A DNA stretch of 64,000 nucleotides, from NCBI GenBank assembly GCA_038884975.1, contig JAWAAW010000002.1, forward strand, positions 18,829 through 82,828, given 5' to 3'. Below, piece by piece: positions 26,589 to 35,147 of this stretch (the stretch's first letter is position 1; every line of letters begins with the position of its first letter). This DNA comes from Candidatus Woesearchaeota archaeon (GTDB lineage: Archaea > Nanobdellota > Nanobdellia > Woesearchaeales > ARS49). The position numbers were made by a program, and so were the translations under genes. The notes below the pieces were generated by a model. It was not told the origin of the DNA, did no database searches, and saw nothing but the letters and a program-made list of their open reading frames with translations.

Positions 26589-26909
26589 TTATGCACCTCC
26601 TGCCCTTCCGCCCTTGTTGAGCGGTCTTGCTTCGATTTCTGTTTCCCTGAGCATGAGTATGTCATCCTTTTGGACAGGCCCTTTGACGTTCCTTCGCATT
26701 ATTTTATCCTTGTCTCTTCCCTCAAGGACTCTTACTCTTACTTGTATTGCTTCTCCCCTCATTCCTGTCCTTCCGATTACTTCTTCAACCTTTGCGGGTG
26801 TTGCTGTTGTGAACCTTACGCCTTCTGCTGCCTGCTTTGCGCCTGCTGGTCCTTTTTGTGCAGGTGCTGGTTGCGTCATGTCAACAATTTTTCTTTTTGG
26901 GTCTCCCAT
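26589..26909 (-). CDS. rps28e: 30S ribosomal protein S28e (with an N-terminal extension if the ATG at 26909 is used)
   Basis: 106 aa; core [57 protein letters not shown]. Confidence 0.85.
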   Translation of the reverse strand: MGDPKRKIVDMTQPAPAQKGPAGAKQAAEGVRFTTATPAKVEEVIGRTGMRGEAIQVRVRVLEGRDKDKIMRRNVKGPVQKDDILMLRETEIEARPLNKGGRAGGA

Positions 26910-26914
26910 CGTGC

Positions 26915-27241
26915 TCAGGCTCCTTTGAGGTCCTTGATGATTGTTTTTGCTTCTCCTTCTGAGATTATTGCGATTGCTCCTGTGGGCACTTTTATTCCTG
27001 CTGCTGCGCCAAGTTCTTCCTTGCTCGGTACCTCAACACATGGAACTCCTTTTTCCTTTGCGAGAAGTGGCAGGTGCATGACGACTTCTGCAGGCTGGAC
27101 GTCTTTTGCATAGACGACTAGCTTTGCAGTGCCGCGCTCAAGTGCCTTTGTTGTTTCGTTTGTGCCTTTTTTGATTTTGCCTGTGCTTCTTGCAAGCTCT
27201 ATTGCTTCGAGAGCCTTTTCCGCAGGTCCTTTGTCTGCCAT
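26915..27241 (-). CDS. rpl7ae: 50S ribosomal protein L7Ae
   Basis: Track ORF 26915-27286; ATG 27241 (MADKGPAEK) has GGAAGGAGG 7 nt upstream; [29 protein letters not shown]. Confidence 0.9.
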   Translation of the reverse strand: MADKGPAEKALEAIELARSTGKIKKGTNETTKALERGTAKLVVYAKDVQPAEVVMHLPLLAKEKGVPCVEVPSKEELGAAAGIKVPTGAIAIISEGEAKTIIKDLKGA

Positions 27242-27367
27242 TTTTTTCCTCCTTCCGACAATGTGAGGATAAGAATTGCACCTCACTCTGCGCGAGACGC
27301 TAGACGCAATACGCGAGACGTCTGACGCATCATTGTTTCATCGGTATGACTGCGAAAATCAAGGAGT

Positions 27368-27388
27368 TGTTTATAAAGGTTTCGAGAA
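27368..27388 (-). promoter_or_regulatory. BRE + TATA promoter upstream of the L7Ae-S28e-L24e-ndk operon
   Basis: Same 18-nt block tttataaaggtttcgaga (27370-27387) as at the tuf promoter, directly after the stop of the upstream gene (27390); about 100-nt leader to the L7Ae ATG. Confidence 0.5.
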
Positions 27389-27389
27389 C

Positions 27390-28319
27390 TTATTTCCTTT
27401 TCTTCCGTGTCTCGTATGCTTTTCTCCAAGCCTTCATTTGCTTGATGTTGCGCTTTAGTTCTTGGTGTTCCTTTAGTTTTTTGCCTAGCGTCAGGCTTAC
27501 TCCTGCGCCCGGGATTACTGTTGCGGCAAGCTCCGCACCGACCTCAAAGATTCCTTCTGAAATCAGGTGTTTTTTCATTTCTTCGCTGATTATGCGATTG
27601 CCGCGCTTCCATGCGCCCGTGATTGCATCGACTTCTATTGTTTTTCCGCTTTCAGAACCTTCTTCCTTGAATTCAAAGACGTGCACGGGTCTGAGGAGCA
27701 TTGCGAGTTTCTTGATTTCAACTATTTCTTGTATTATTTTGTCTGCCTGTATTGGCTTGATGAGCTCTTTTATTAGCTGGTTTACTATAAATGATGCGCG
27801 CATGCTTATTTGTTCGACAACAGTGTCTTTTGACTGAATGCTCTTAAGGTTTCGGATTTTTTTGCGCTTGCTTCCAAGGTAGCGCTCAAGGTTTTTCTCT
27901 TTCTCCTGCACTGCGCTTTGGAGGATTTCCTTGGAGTATTGCTCAAAACAGTGGTCTTCTGCGTCAAAATGCACGTAAGGCTCGTCCGGGCTTACTGCGA
28001 TTGTCTTGTTGTTGAAAGTGACACTTCTGACTTCTGGCTTGACGGGGAATCCGTAGTTGCTTTTTCGCTTGTATTCCTGAATGCTTTCGCCTATGACGTG
28101 CCAGAAAGGCACATACCTCTTTTGATATGCAGAGAGCATTATTTGGCGCTTGTTTTTTTCAAATATTTTCACGATTCCGTTGAAAACCCCGAATGCCTTT
28201 ATTCTGTTTTGCTCCGCTATTGCTTGGGCTTCATCCTTGGAATAAACGTCCTCAAGGATTTCTATTGTCTTTGCCCCTTTTGCAAACATTATCTTAACCA
28301 TTTTTTTGGAAAAACGCAA
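27390..28319 (-). CDS. Hypothetical protein, 309 aa, no family recognised
   Basis: Long ORF with protein-like composition; C-terminal hydrophobic GAELAATVIPGAGVSLTL followed by a basic tail; overlaps the UPPS-like gene by 26 nt. Confidence 0.5.
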   Translation of the reverse strand: MRFSKKMVKIMFAKGAKTIEILEDVYSKDEAQAIAEQNRIKAFGVFNGIVKIFEKNKRQIMLSAYQKRYVPFWHVIGESIQEYKRKSNYGFPVKPEVRSVTFNNKTIAVSPDEPYVHFDAEDHCFEQYSKEILQSAVQEKEKNLERYLGSKRKKIRNLKSIQSKDTVVEQISMRASFIVNQLIKELIKPIQADKIIQEIVEIKKLAMLLRPVHVFEFKEEGSESGKTIEVDAITGAWKRGNRIISEEMKKHLISEGIFEVGAELAATVIPGAGVSLTLGKKLKEHQELKRNIKQMKAWRKAYETRKKRK

Positions 28320-28962
28320 GGCTGTTTAAAAATGCTTCTTTGCCAAAATCCTTCCAGTGAAAGTCAGAGAAATGCACTATGGCACCAGGCGAGTCCCAGA
28401 GGAGCATGCTTCCTGTTTTTCTTGCAGGCGCAGTGTGGATTATCAGGCTTGGCGGCAATAATGTTGAGGTAAGCATTGCTTCCTTGAGTGTTTCTTTTGT
28501 TATTTGTTCTGGTGCAAGCTTGCCTAATTGGACGTGCTTTGCCAATAGTTTTGCGCCTTCAACAATGTCTTCTTGGCCGTCGTAGCGGATGCAGAAGTTG
28601 ACAAAGCACCGGTCATAATCGCTGGTGGAGGAAATCACGTGCTTTATTGGTTCAAGGGTGCGTTCTGGAAGCTCGTACCACTTGCCAAGCACTGATATTT
28701 TTACTTGGTTGTTGTCAAGGAAAGGCTCGTGCATCAGTGCTGTGAAGAGGGTTGTTATTGTGTCAACCTCGTTTTCTGTTATTGATGATGGGAAGTGGAT
28801 TGTGAGCATTGGAATTCTTAAGTTGAGTGCGATTGTGATTAATTCCATCACGTTTCGTAGGGTTGTTTCTGCAGGGACATGCTCTTGCAGGTTCAGGCTT
28901 ATTGCAACGTGTGTTGGGAGTGGTCTTGGGCTTAAGCTCACTCGCCCTTCGGTCTGGTTCAC
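28294..28962 (-). CDS. Undecaprenyl-diphosphate-synthase-like (cis-prenyltransferase fold) protein with degenerate catalytic motifs
   Basis: 222 aa; colinear with UppS blocks (HVAISLNLQEH for HVAIIMDGNGRWA; CFVNFCIRYDGQEDIVEG; LIIHTAPARKTGSMLLWD for LVIRTGGEHRISNFLLWQ; FHWKDF). Confidence 0.7.
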   Translation of the reverse strand: MNQTEGRVSLSPRPLPTHVAISLNLQEHVPAETTLRNVMELITIALNLRIPMLTIHFPSSITENEVDTITTLFTALMHEPFLDNNQVKISVLGKWYELPERTLEPIKHVISSTSDYDRCFVNFCIRYDGQEDIVEGAKLLAKHVQLGKLAPEQITKETLKEAMLTSTLLPPSLIIHTAPARKTGSMLLWDSPGAIVHFSDFHWKDFGKEAFLNSLAFFQKNG

Positions 28963-28985
28963 AATGATTTTTCAAGGGGCAAGTA

Positions 28986-28993
28986 TTTATATA
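28986..28993 (+). promoter_or_regulatory. TATA box (TTTATATA) 23 nt upstream of ATG 29016
   Basis: Read directly. Confidence 0.4.
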
Positions 28994-29015
28994 TGTTCTG
29001 AACAAAGTTGTGGTT

Positions 29016-29879
29016 ATGATTGAGGTCTTGCTTTTTTTGGTCGCATTGTTTGTGTTAATTGTTGGTGCTTACACTGACATCAGGACGCGGGAGGTTCCTG
29101 ACTGGGTGAATTTTGGAGGCATTGTTGCAGGGCTTGGAATAAGGGCTGCGTGGGGTTTTGCAGGCAATGGCTGGGCAGCGTTGGGTTTTGGTTTGTTTGG
29201 TTTTGTTGTTTTTTTTGCTCTTTCAATAATTATGTATTATTCAAGGCAGTGGGGTGGTGGTGACAGCAAGTTGTTGATGGCAATGGGTGCTTTGCTTGGC
29301 TTGTGGTTCTCAAAGGATAATGCAGGGGTTGGTTTTTTGCTGTGGGTGTTGCTTGCTGGCGCTGGCTATGGAATAGTCAGCAACATTGTGCTCGCCGTAA
29401 TGAACTGGAAGCTTTTTCTCAAAAGGTATGCTGAATTGTTCAATAAGGTGCGTTGGGCAAACTTTCCTGTGCTTTTTGTATTTCTGCTTGGTTTCGCTTT
29501 TGCTGTTGCTACTGATGACCTCTTTTTCAGGATGCTTGTTCTTTTTGTTGCATTGATTGTGCCAGTGCTTTTTTATCTCGCGATTGGGGTGAAGGCTGTT
29601 GAGAACTGCTGTATGTATAGGAAAATCCATCCCTGCCTGCTCACAGAGGGTGATTGGATTGCAAAGCCAGTCTTTTACAAGAGGAGATACTTGTGTGGAC
29701 CAAAAGACCTTGGGGTCACAAAGAAAAAAATCAGGGAGCTGCGGCGCCTTGGAATAAAACAAGTTATTGTCAAGGACGGGATTCCTTTTGTGCCTTCCTT
29801 CCTTATGGCATTTCTTTTTTATTTGTGGCTTGGTAGCCCGCTTGAATGGTTTTTTAAGGTCTTATCTCAAACTCCCTGA
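29016..29879 (+). CDS. A24-family aspartic peptidase (archaeal prepilin/preflagellin peptidase, PibD/FlaK/EppA-like)
   Basis: Track ORF 29010-29879; GAYTDIRTREVPDWV (first catalytic Asp) and WGGGDSKLLMAMGALLG (GxGD); polytopic. Confidence 0.8.
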   Translation: MIEVLLFLVALFVLIVGAYTDIRTREVPDWVNFGGIVAGLGIRAAWGFAGNGWAALGFGLFGFVVFFALSIIMYYSRQWGGGDSKLLMAMGALLGLWFSKDNAGVGFLLWVLLAGAGYGIVSNIVLAVMNWKLFLKRYAELFNKVRWANFPVLFVFLLGFAFAVATDDLFFRMLVLFVALIVPVLFYLAIGVKAVENCCMYRKIHPCLLTEGDWIAKPVFYKRRYLCGPKDLGVTKKKIRELRRLGIKQVIVKDGIPFVPSFLMAFLFYLWLGSPLEWFFKVLSQTP

Positions 29880-30129
29880 ATTCGCCTGTTGGTTTTTTCC
29901 ATTTCGCATTGATGACCTCAACCTTTGACCACGCATTTCCTTGTTTGCACTTGTCAAGCAGTTTCTGAAGCAGTGCTTTTTCTGCTTCTGCAACTACCTC
30001 TACGGTACCGTCGGGGTTGTTTTTAACCCATCCTGTTGCTCCAATGCTGCCTGCTAGCTTTTTCACGAACGCCCTGAAGAAGACGCCTTGAACCTTTCCC
30101 TTGATTATTGCGTGGATTCTTGTTTTCAT
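29854..30129 (-). CDS. Acylphosphatase
   Basis: 91 aa; IKGKVQGVFFRAFVKKLAGSIGATGWVKNNPDGTVEVVAEA. Confidence 0.85.
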   Translation of the reverse strand: MKTRIHAIIKGKVQGVFFRAFVKKLAGSIGATGWVKNNPDGTVEVVAEAEKALLQKLLDKCKQGNAWSKVEVINAKWKKPTGEFREFEIRP

Positions 30130-30644
30130 GGCAGTCTTTCCAATTGCTTGAGAAGATAGTTTTCTTCCTCTTCTTCCTTTATTTCTTCTGGCTTTTTTTC
30201 TTCTTTTGGCTTTTCCTTTTCTTTCTCAAATACTCCTATGCCTTTTGATTCTTCCTTGAGCTGGAGTTCTATCGTGCTCATCTCTTCTTCTGATAATTGT
30301 TTTGGCTGCCATAATATGTTGAGGTTGTCGTTTTCCCTGCGGGGAATTACATTGATCAGGAAGTGGTTGACTGATTGGCCTGCCGCAATGCCGTTATTCA
30401 CGATTATGTTTGTTCCTTCTGCTCCGAGCGCTTCAAAGACTGCTATTGAGACCTTGTTTGCCTTGTCAAACATTTTGCCAATCATGAAGTCAGGCACTTG
30501 TTCAAGGATTGCCGCGTGCGTTTTTGGTGCAAGGATGATGTGGCCCGGCACTGCTGGTTTTGGGGCAAGAAGGATTGCGATTTGTTCGTCTTCAAATAGC
30601 ATTCCCTTTTTCTCTTTCAGCAGGTCGCAGATTGCGCAAGCCAT
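30126..30644 (-). CDS. HIT-like protein with degenerate histidine triad and Glu/Lys-rich tail
   Basis: 172 aa; CAICDLL zinc motif; the triad position reads NHFLINVIPR (2nd and 3rd His replaced); tail KEKEKPKEEKKPEEIKEEEEE. Confidence 0.7.
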   Translation of the reverse strand: MACAICDLLKEKKGMLFEDEQIAILLAPKPAVPGHIILAPKTHAAILEQVPDFMIGKMFDKANKVSIAVFEALGAEGTNIIVNNGIAAGQSVNHFLINVIPRRENDNLNILWQPKQLSEEEMSTIELQLKEESKGIGVFEKEKEKPKEEKKPEEIKEEEEENYLLKQLERLP

Positions 30645-31282
30645 TATCCTGTCAGAAGCCGTGCTATTTCGTCAAGGTTTGCGCCTTTAGACGGCTTCTT
30701 TTCCTCCTTTTTGGCTGGTTCTTTTGCGGGTTTTTTTGGTTCTGCTTTTTTAGGCTCTTTTTTTGGCGCTTGTGATTCCTCTTCTGTTTCCGGCTCGCCT
30801 TCTGTTTTTAGCCCGAGTGCTTTTGCAATTGCTTTTTTGAGTATTTGCTGGGCTTTTTTTGTGTCCGCAGCACTCATTGCTCTTTCTGGCAGGATTAGTC
30901 CAACTTCATCCTTTTCCATTCTTGGTATTACGTGCATCATGAAGTGCTGTGCTCTTTGTCCTGCTGTGACTCCGTTTGCGACAAAGATGTTTGTGCCTTG
31001 CGCTTTCAGTGCCCTGAGTTGTGCGTGGGAAACCCCTTTTGCAATCATTCCTATGTGTTGCAGTAATTCTTCTGGAAGCTGGGGCATGATCATGTAATGT
31101 TCTTTTGGTATTATGAGCGTGTGTCCTGGGTTGGCGGGATTTATGTCAAGAACGCAGACCACTTTGTCGTCTTCGTAGATTTTTTTTGAGGCAACCCTTC
31201 CTGCGGCTATGTGGCAGAATATGCATTGTTGTTTTGCCATTTGTGCCGTTTCTTCAGGACTGAGTGTGTGTTCTTCTGCCAT
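30644..31282 (-). CDS. HIT-like protein with partly degenerate histidine triad and Lys/Glu/Pro-rich tail
   Basis: 212 aa; CIFCHI; the triad reads QHFMMHVIPR (central His replaced by Met); tail PKKEPKKAEPKKPAKEPAKKEEKKP. Confidence 0.75.
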   Translation of the reverse strand: MAEEHTLSPEETAQMAKQQCIFCHIAAGRVASKKIYEDDKVVCVLDINPANPGHTLIIPKEHYMIMPQLPEELLQHIGMIAKGVSHAQLRALKAQGTNIFVANGVTAGQRAQHFMMHVIPRMEKDEVGLILPERAMSAADTKKAQQILKKAIAKALGLKTEGEPETEEESQAPKKEPKKAEPKKPAKEPAKKEEKKPSKGANLDEIARLLTG

Positions 31283-31382
31283 TGTTGGTTTGAACCTTGC
31301 TTTTGTTTATAATATTTGCTTGTAAAAACCGCATTATTTATAAATGAGTATTGCTCGATGTTGGCTGAAAAGAGGCGAACTG

Positions 31383-31862
31383 ATGGACAGGCGTGGTGTT
31401 TCACCGCTTATTGCAACTATCCTTCTCATACTTATGTCTGTCGGTATGGGTGTTGCAGTGATGAGTTGGGGTGAGGAATACATTGAGGAAAAGGCAGAGT
31501 TCGTGCAGGGTGTTCAGGAAACACCCACGAGTTGTGATCTTGTCTCGATGAACGTGATAAGGGTTGGCGGTGTTGACCAGATGTGCGTGCTTGACGGCAA
31601 GGTCAAGGGCATGATTGACAATGGTCATGACGTGAGTGTTGAAAGCATTCACGCCAGAATTCTTGGCGAGGCAGGCGTGAGCGTTGTTGAGAACGTACTT
31701 GACAAGCCATTGCCAAAGGGCAGTGCTGCGCAATTTATGTTCCCGTCAGGAGACGTGGGTGCAATCATTCAGATAAAGTTTACTCCAAGCATAAGGATGG
31801 GTGGCAAGACTGTTCCGTGCCCACAAAAGACTCTTCTTGTTGAGAACATCAGGAATTGTTAG
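31383..31862 (+). CDS. Archaeal type IV pilin-like protein (class III signal peptide)
   Basis: Track ORF 31344-31862; ATG 31383 gives MDRRG|VSPLIATILLILMSVGMGVAV, the archaeal pilin N-terminal motif. Confidence 0.75.
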   Translation: MDRRGVSPLIATILLILMSVGMGVAVMSWGEEYIEEKAEFVQGVQETPTSCDLVSMNVIRVGGVDQMCVLDGKVKGMIDNGHDVSVESIHARILGEAGVSVVENVLDKPLPKGSAAQFMFPSGDVGAIIQIKFTPSIRMGGKTVPCPQKTLLVENIRNC

Positions 31863-32509
31863 GAAAAGACCTGCTTGCTTGGATAAATCCAGCTTCTTAT
31901 TGCGTCTTTGAGGTTTCTGGCAAGCGTTTTCTTTGGCGTATTTGCCTTGACTGATTCAATCTCTTTTGCTGCTAACCCTGTCGGGGTATTGCATTGGTTT
32001 AGCCTGCAATAATCTCCTTCCATCTTTTTGTTAATGAAGTGGAATGAGTTTCCTTTTGAATTAATCAGTTGCAGTGGTTTTTTTATGCTTATGTCAAAGC
32101 TGTTCTCAACAATAATGCTTGATGAATCAATTATTTTCATTCCGACGTTGTTTCGAATAAGGTTTGCATTTATTATCGTGATTTGTTTTGAGTTCTTTAT
32201 GAGGATTCCAATTTCATAATTTGCTATCTGGCAGTTTTTTATGGTTATGTTTTTGCGGTTTATTAGAACGATTCCCGCGTTCTTGAAAGCGCCGTGCAAT
32301 ACGCTTGTGCCGCAATCAAGCACGATGTTGTCCGCTGTTATGTTTATGCCGTTGGGGTAATTGTGGGGGTAATAATTATCAGCGCATAATAACGTGTCCT
32401 GGCTTATTCTTTGGGGGTCAATCTCGCGCGTGCATGTCCTGCTTATGGCAAGAACAGGGTGGAGCAGGAAGCAGAATACCATAATAATGACTGCAATTCT
32501 TGATTTCAC
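31859..32509 (-). CDS. Secreted parallel beta-helix repeat protein
   Basis: 216 aa; signal peptide; NITADNIVLDCGTSVLHG...KNITIKNCQIANYEIGILIKNSKQITIINANL; paralog of 32611-33465. Confidence 0.65.
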   Translation of the reverse strand: MKSRIAVIIMVFCFLLHPVLAISRTCTREIDPQRISQDTLLCADNYYPHNYPNGINITADNIVLDCGTSVLHGAFKNAGIVLINRKNITIKNCQIANYEIGILIKNSKQITIINANLIRNNVGMKIIDSSSIIVENSFDISIKKPLQLINSKGNSFHFINKKMEGDYCRLNQCNTPTGLAAKEIESVKANTPKKTLARNLKDAIRSWIYPSKQVFS

Positions 32510-32610
32510 AGCACACCTTCTTTTTTTTTGCGGCCAAGCGGTTGATTCTGATATATAATTATTTCTGATTGTTGTTTCTGAGCTGCTGAATGGGCTAAGA
32601 GCAAGCAGTC

Positions 32611-33465
32611 TTAACCGTGCTTGTAGTGGTGGTGCTGGAAACAGAGGAAGCCGAACAAGTAAGCAATTACTGCCAGGAATGTCATTGTCCAGAACCTTGC
32701 TTTTTCAGGAAGCATCTGCATGAATGATTTTGTTACGGTTCCTGTTGACATTATTGGCGTGCTGGTTTGTTTTTGTGTTGACAGGTTAAGCGTTTGAGGC
32801 GTGCTTTCTGGCTTTTTTGGTTCTGCTGGTGCAGGGGTTTCCTGTTCTGGTTCTTCCTTTGACTGCTCTGTTGGCGCTGGGCAGTCATTGTCATTCTGGT
32901 AGGAACAGCTTGGTGAGCAGTAAAAATCTTCATTCTCGCACGGGTTCATTATGCCTGCGCCATTGCAAATGTTTTCCTTGCAAAAGTCCCTGTCAAGTTC
33001 CTTGTTTGTTATCCAGAACGTGTTGAATTTTGATGCCAGCGAGCTCACAGGCTTGAGAATACTCTTGTCCGCATTGTTTTCAAACCTGTTCTCAAATGCC
33101 TGGTACATCCTGACGCCAATCCTGTTTTTCAGCAATGCATTGTTCTTTATCGTGTTCCTGTTTCCTTCTTTTACGTAAATTCCCACGTCATAATTTAGGA
33201 TGTTGCAGTTCTTCACAGTGACGCCGTTTGCGTGGTCAACTGTTATTCCCTGTCCGTCCTGCAATGCTGTTCCCCGAATGATTGCGCCGTTGCAGTCAAG
33301 CGTGATGTTGTCTGTCTTGATTGTTATGCCGCTTGGAACGTCATACGCCTTGTTGCAGAGGATTGTGTCTTTGGTTATTTGCATAAGGTCAAATGCGTCC
33401 TCGCACGTGGAAAAAACACAGGGCAAAAACGCAATGAGAACCAAAAGATGTGTTATTTTTTTCAT
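32611..33465 (-). CDS. Parallel beta-helix repeat protein with Pro/Thr/Glu linker and C-terminal TM anchor
   Basis: 284 aa; ITIKTDNITLDCNGAIIRG...VTVKNCNILNYDVGIYVKEGNRNTIKNNAL; C-terminal FWTMTFLAVIAYLFGFLCF + HHHYKHG. Confidence 0.65.
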   Translation of the reverse strand: MKKITHLLVLIAFLPCVFSTCEDAFDLMQITKDTILCNKAYDVPSGITIKTDNITLDCNGAIIRGTALQDGQGITVDHANGVTVKNCNILNYDVGIYVKEGNRNTIKNNALLKNRIGVRMYQAFENRFENNADKSILKPVSSLASKFNTFWITNKELDRDFCKENICNGAGIMNPCENEDFYCSPSCSYQNDNDCPAPTEQSKEEPEQETPAPAEPKKPESTPQTLNLSTQKQTSTPIMSTGTVTKSFMQMLPEKARFWTMTFLAVIAYLFGFLCFQHHHYKHG

Positions 33466-33677
33466 TGCAACCTCTTCATCTCGGCAAAAACAACAATTGT
33501 TGGCAAGTAAATCAGCACGAGCACGAAAATGATGACGAACGTGAGCGTGTTGAATTGTCCTTCAAGAACCCTTAGCAGTGCGTAAGCAAAAGGCAATGCC
33601 AGCAATGGCTCGATAAAGTCAGTGTATTTGTATTTTTTGTTCCACAAATAGCTGAAAAACCCTCTTTTTTCTTGCAT
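33462..33677 (-). CDS. Small two-TM membrane protein
   Basis: 71 aa; hydrophobic segments; stop overlaps the start of the downstream gene. Confidence 0.45.
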   Translation of the reverse strand: MQEKRGFFSYLWNKKYKYTDFIEPLLALPFAYALLRVLEGQFNTLTFVIIFVLVLIYLPTIVVFAEMKRLQ

Positions 33678-33716
33678 TCAGCAACAATTGCGCAGGTGAG
33701 GATAAAAAATTTTTGG

Positions 33717-34565
33717 TCAGATTACGTAAAAGTCAATGTAGTCCTCTTTCTCATTAAGCTTTCCGTTCTGCCATACCTCAACGCGTAATGGTATTGCGGC
33801 AAGGTCGTCAATCCAGATGTTGGTTGTCTTGCCAGGGTCCTGCAGGTCTGTGAACTTGTAAAGCGTGGCTGTCCTGTCCCCAATGTGGCTGCCGGGCAGG
33901 ATTGTCGTTGGTGTCCTGTAAAGGAAGTCCTCAAGCCATTTGGTTGGCATCTTTAAAACAAATTTGTCAAAATCTACAGGAAACCTGAAGCCGACAAAAT
34001 TGTCACAAGGTGTTCCCATGCGTTTTTTGACCAGTTCTGGAGGAGGAATGCATTCTGCAGTTGCATTCCTGCCAATAAGGTCAATATGAACCGTGTTTAT
34101 CACCACTTTCATCCTCCTGCCATTGATGTCTTGGTCTCCAATCGGATAATTAGCAATGAGTTTTCTTGTTATTGTGCCGTTTGCAACAACAATCTCATCG
34201 CCTTTGTATAAGAACCTGTAATTCCTTATTTTGCTCGCATTCTCATAAAGCAGGTTGGTGATTGTTGGTTTGTATTTTCCTGCCCTTTCTGCTGTTTCCC
34301 TTGCCTTTTGTGCTGCTTCTTCGTATTCCTGTTGTTTTTGTGTTTCTATTTCTGTAGCAAAATCAACGGTGTCGCAAATTCCATTTTCGTTAAGGTCCCT
34401 GCAGCATCCGCCATTGTTTGGAATTTCAGGCCATTTGCATTGAACAGCAGGTTGGCTTCCTGGCTGGGGGGATGCGCAGCTGGCAAGAATAACCAGCAGC
34501 AAAAACACAATCCATCGCATACGCGCTCGCAACGCTATATTGGTATTTAAATTATGCTGGCGCAA
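33717..34565 (-). CDS. Putative lipoprotein (lipobox ILASC), no family recognised
   Basis: 282 aa from ATG 34565; alternative ATG 34520 gives MRWIVFLLLVILAS|CASPQPG. Confidence 0.6.
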   Translation of the reverse strand: MRQHNLNTNIALRARMRWIVFLLLVILASCASPQPGSQPAVQCKWPEIPNNGGCCRDLNENGICDTVDFATEIETQKQQEYEEAAQKARETAERAGKYKPTITNLLYENASKIRNYRFLYKGDEIVVANGTITRKLIANYPIGDQDINGRRMKVVINTVHIDLIGRNATAECIPPPELVKKRMGTPCDNFVGFRFPVDFDKFVLKMPTKWLEDFLYRTPTTILPGSHIGDRTATLYKFTDLQDPGKTTNIWIDDLAAIPLRVEVWQNGKLNEKEDYIDFYVI

Positions 34566-34725
34566 AAAGCAGGATTATTATGTTGCTGGTCAAGTTTAAT
34601 TCCTTATCTCTTATTCTCCACATCTGCAAGTATATGTCTTGCAAAATATAAAGTTTAGCAAAAAATCGAGAAGAGTTGTGGTTTTGCTTGTGCCAGAAAA
34701 GCAAGGAACCAGTATTATGTTCTGA

Positions 34726-34814
34726 AGCCTCCGGCGAGAGTTGCACTCGCGACCCCCACCTTTTTGTTGTGATTGCATACCAAGGTGGTGCTATAGCTAC
34801 TAAGCCACGGAGGC
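34726..34814 (-). tRNA. tRNA-Thr (anticodon GGT) with a ~16-nt intron and a non-canonical D-loop/T-loop
   Basis: Minus strand: GCCTCCG/CGGAGGC acceptor, anticodon stem CCACC...GGTGG enclosing TTGGTA + TGCAATCACAACAAAA + A, T arm GCGAG-TGCAACT-CTCGC (G at position 55), discriminator U. Confidence 0.7.
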
Positions 34815-34841
34815 ACTAAAGAGAGACTCTCAGAAGCGTAT

Positions 34842-35147
34842 TTAAAGATTGCCAAATTTTTTATAAAGCTTGTTCTTTAATTCCTTTACGATCATGTATT
34901 TGTTGAAGAGTATTATTGGTTGGTTGTGCTCGCGAGGTCCTTGTATTTTTGTGTTTCCTGTTACCATGAACGTGATTCTTTCCTCAATGCTTAAGGGCTT
35001 TGCAAATGTCACTTTTGCGCCTGTTGCGCCGTCTTCTGCAGGGAATGGCGCGATGTAATTGAGTTCTGGGGCTGAAATGCTGACAGGGGCGTATTGCGCC
35101 CATTTTCTGCTTTTGCGGGGCTTATTTGCAGATTGATTCCACTCCAC
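34842..35147 (-). CDS. Hypothetical protein (GTG start), possibly the C-terminal part of a frameshifted gene
   Basis: 101 aa; protein-like (PVSISAPELNYIAPFPAEDGATGAKVTFAKPLSIEERITFMVTGNTKIQG); overlaps 35009-35389 by 139 nt in another frame. Confidence 0.4.
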   Translation of the reverse strand: MEWNQSANKPRKSRKWAQYAPVSISAPELNYIAPFPAEDGATGAKVTFAKPLSIEERITFMVTGNTKIQGPREHNQPIILFNKYMIVKELKNKLYKKFGNL

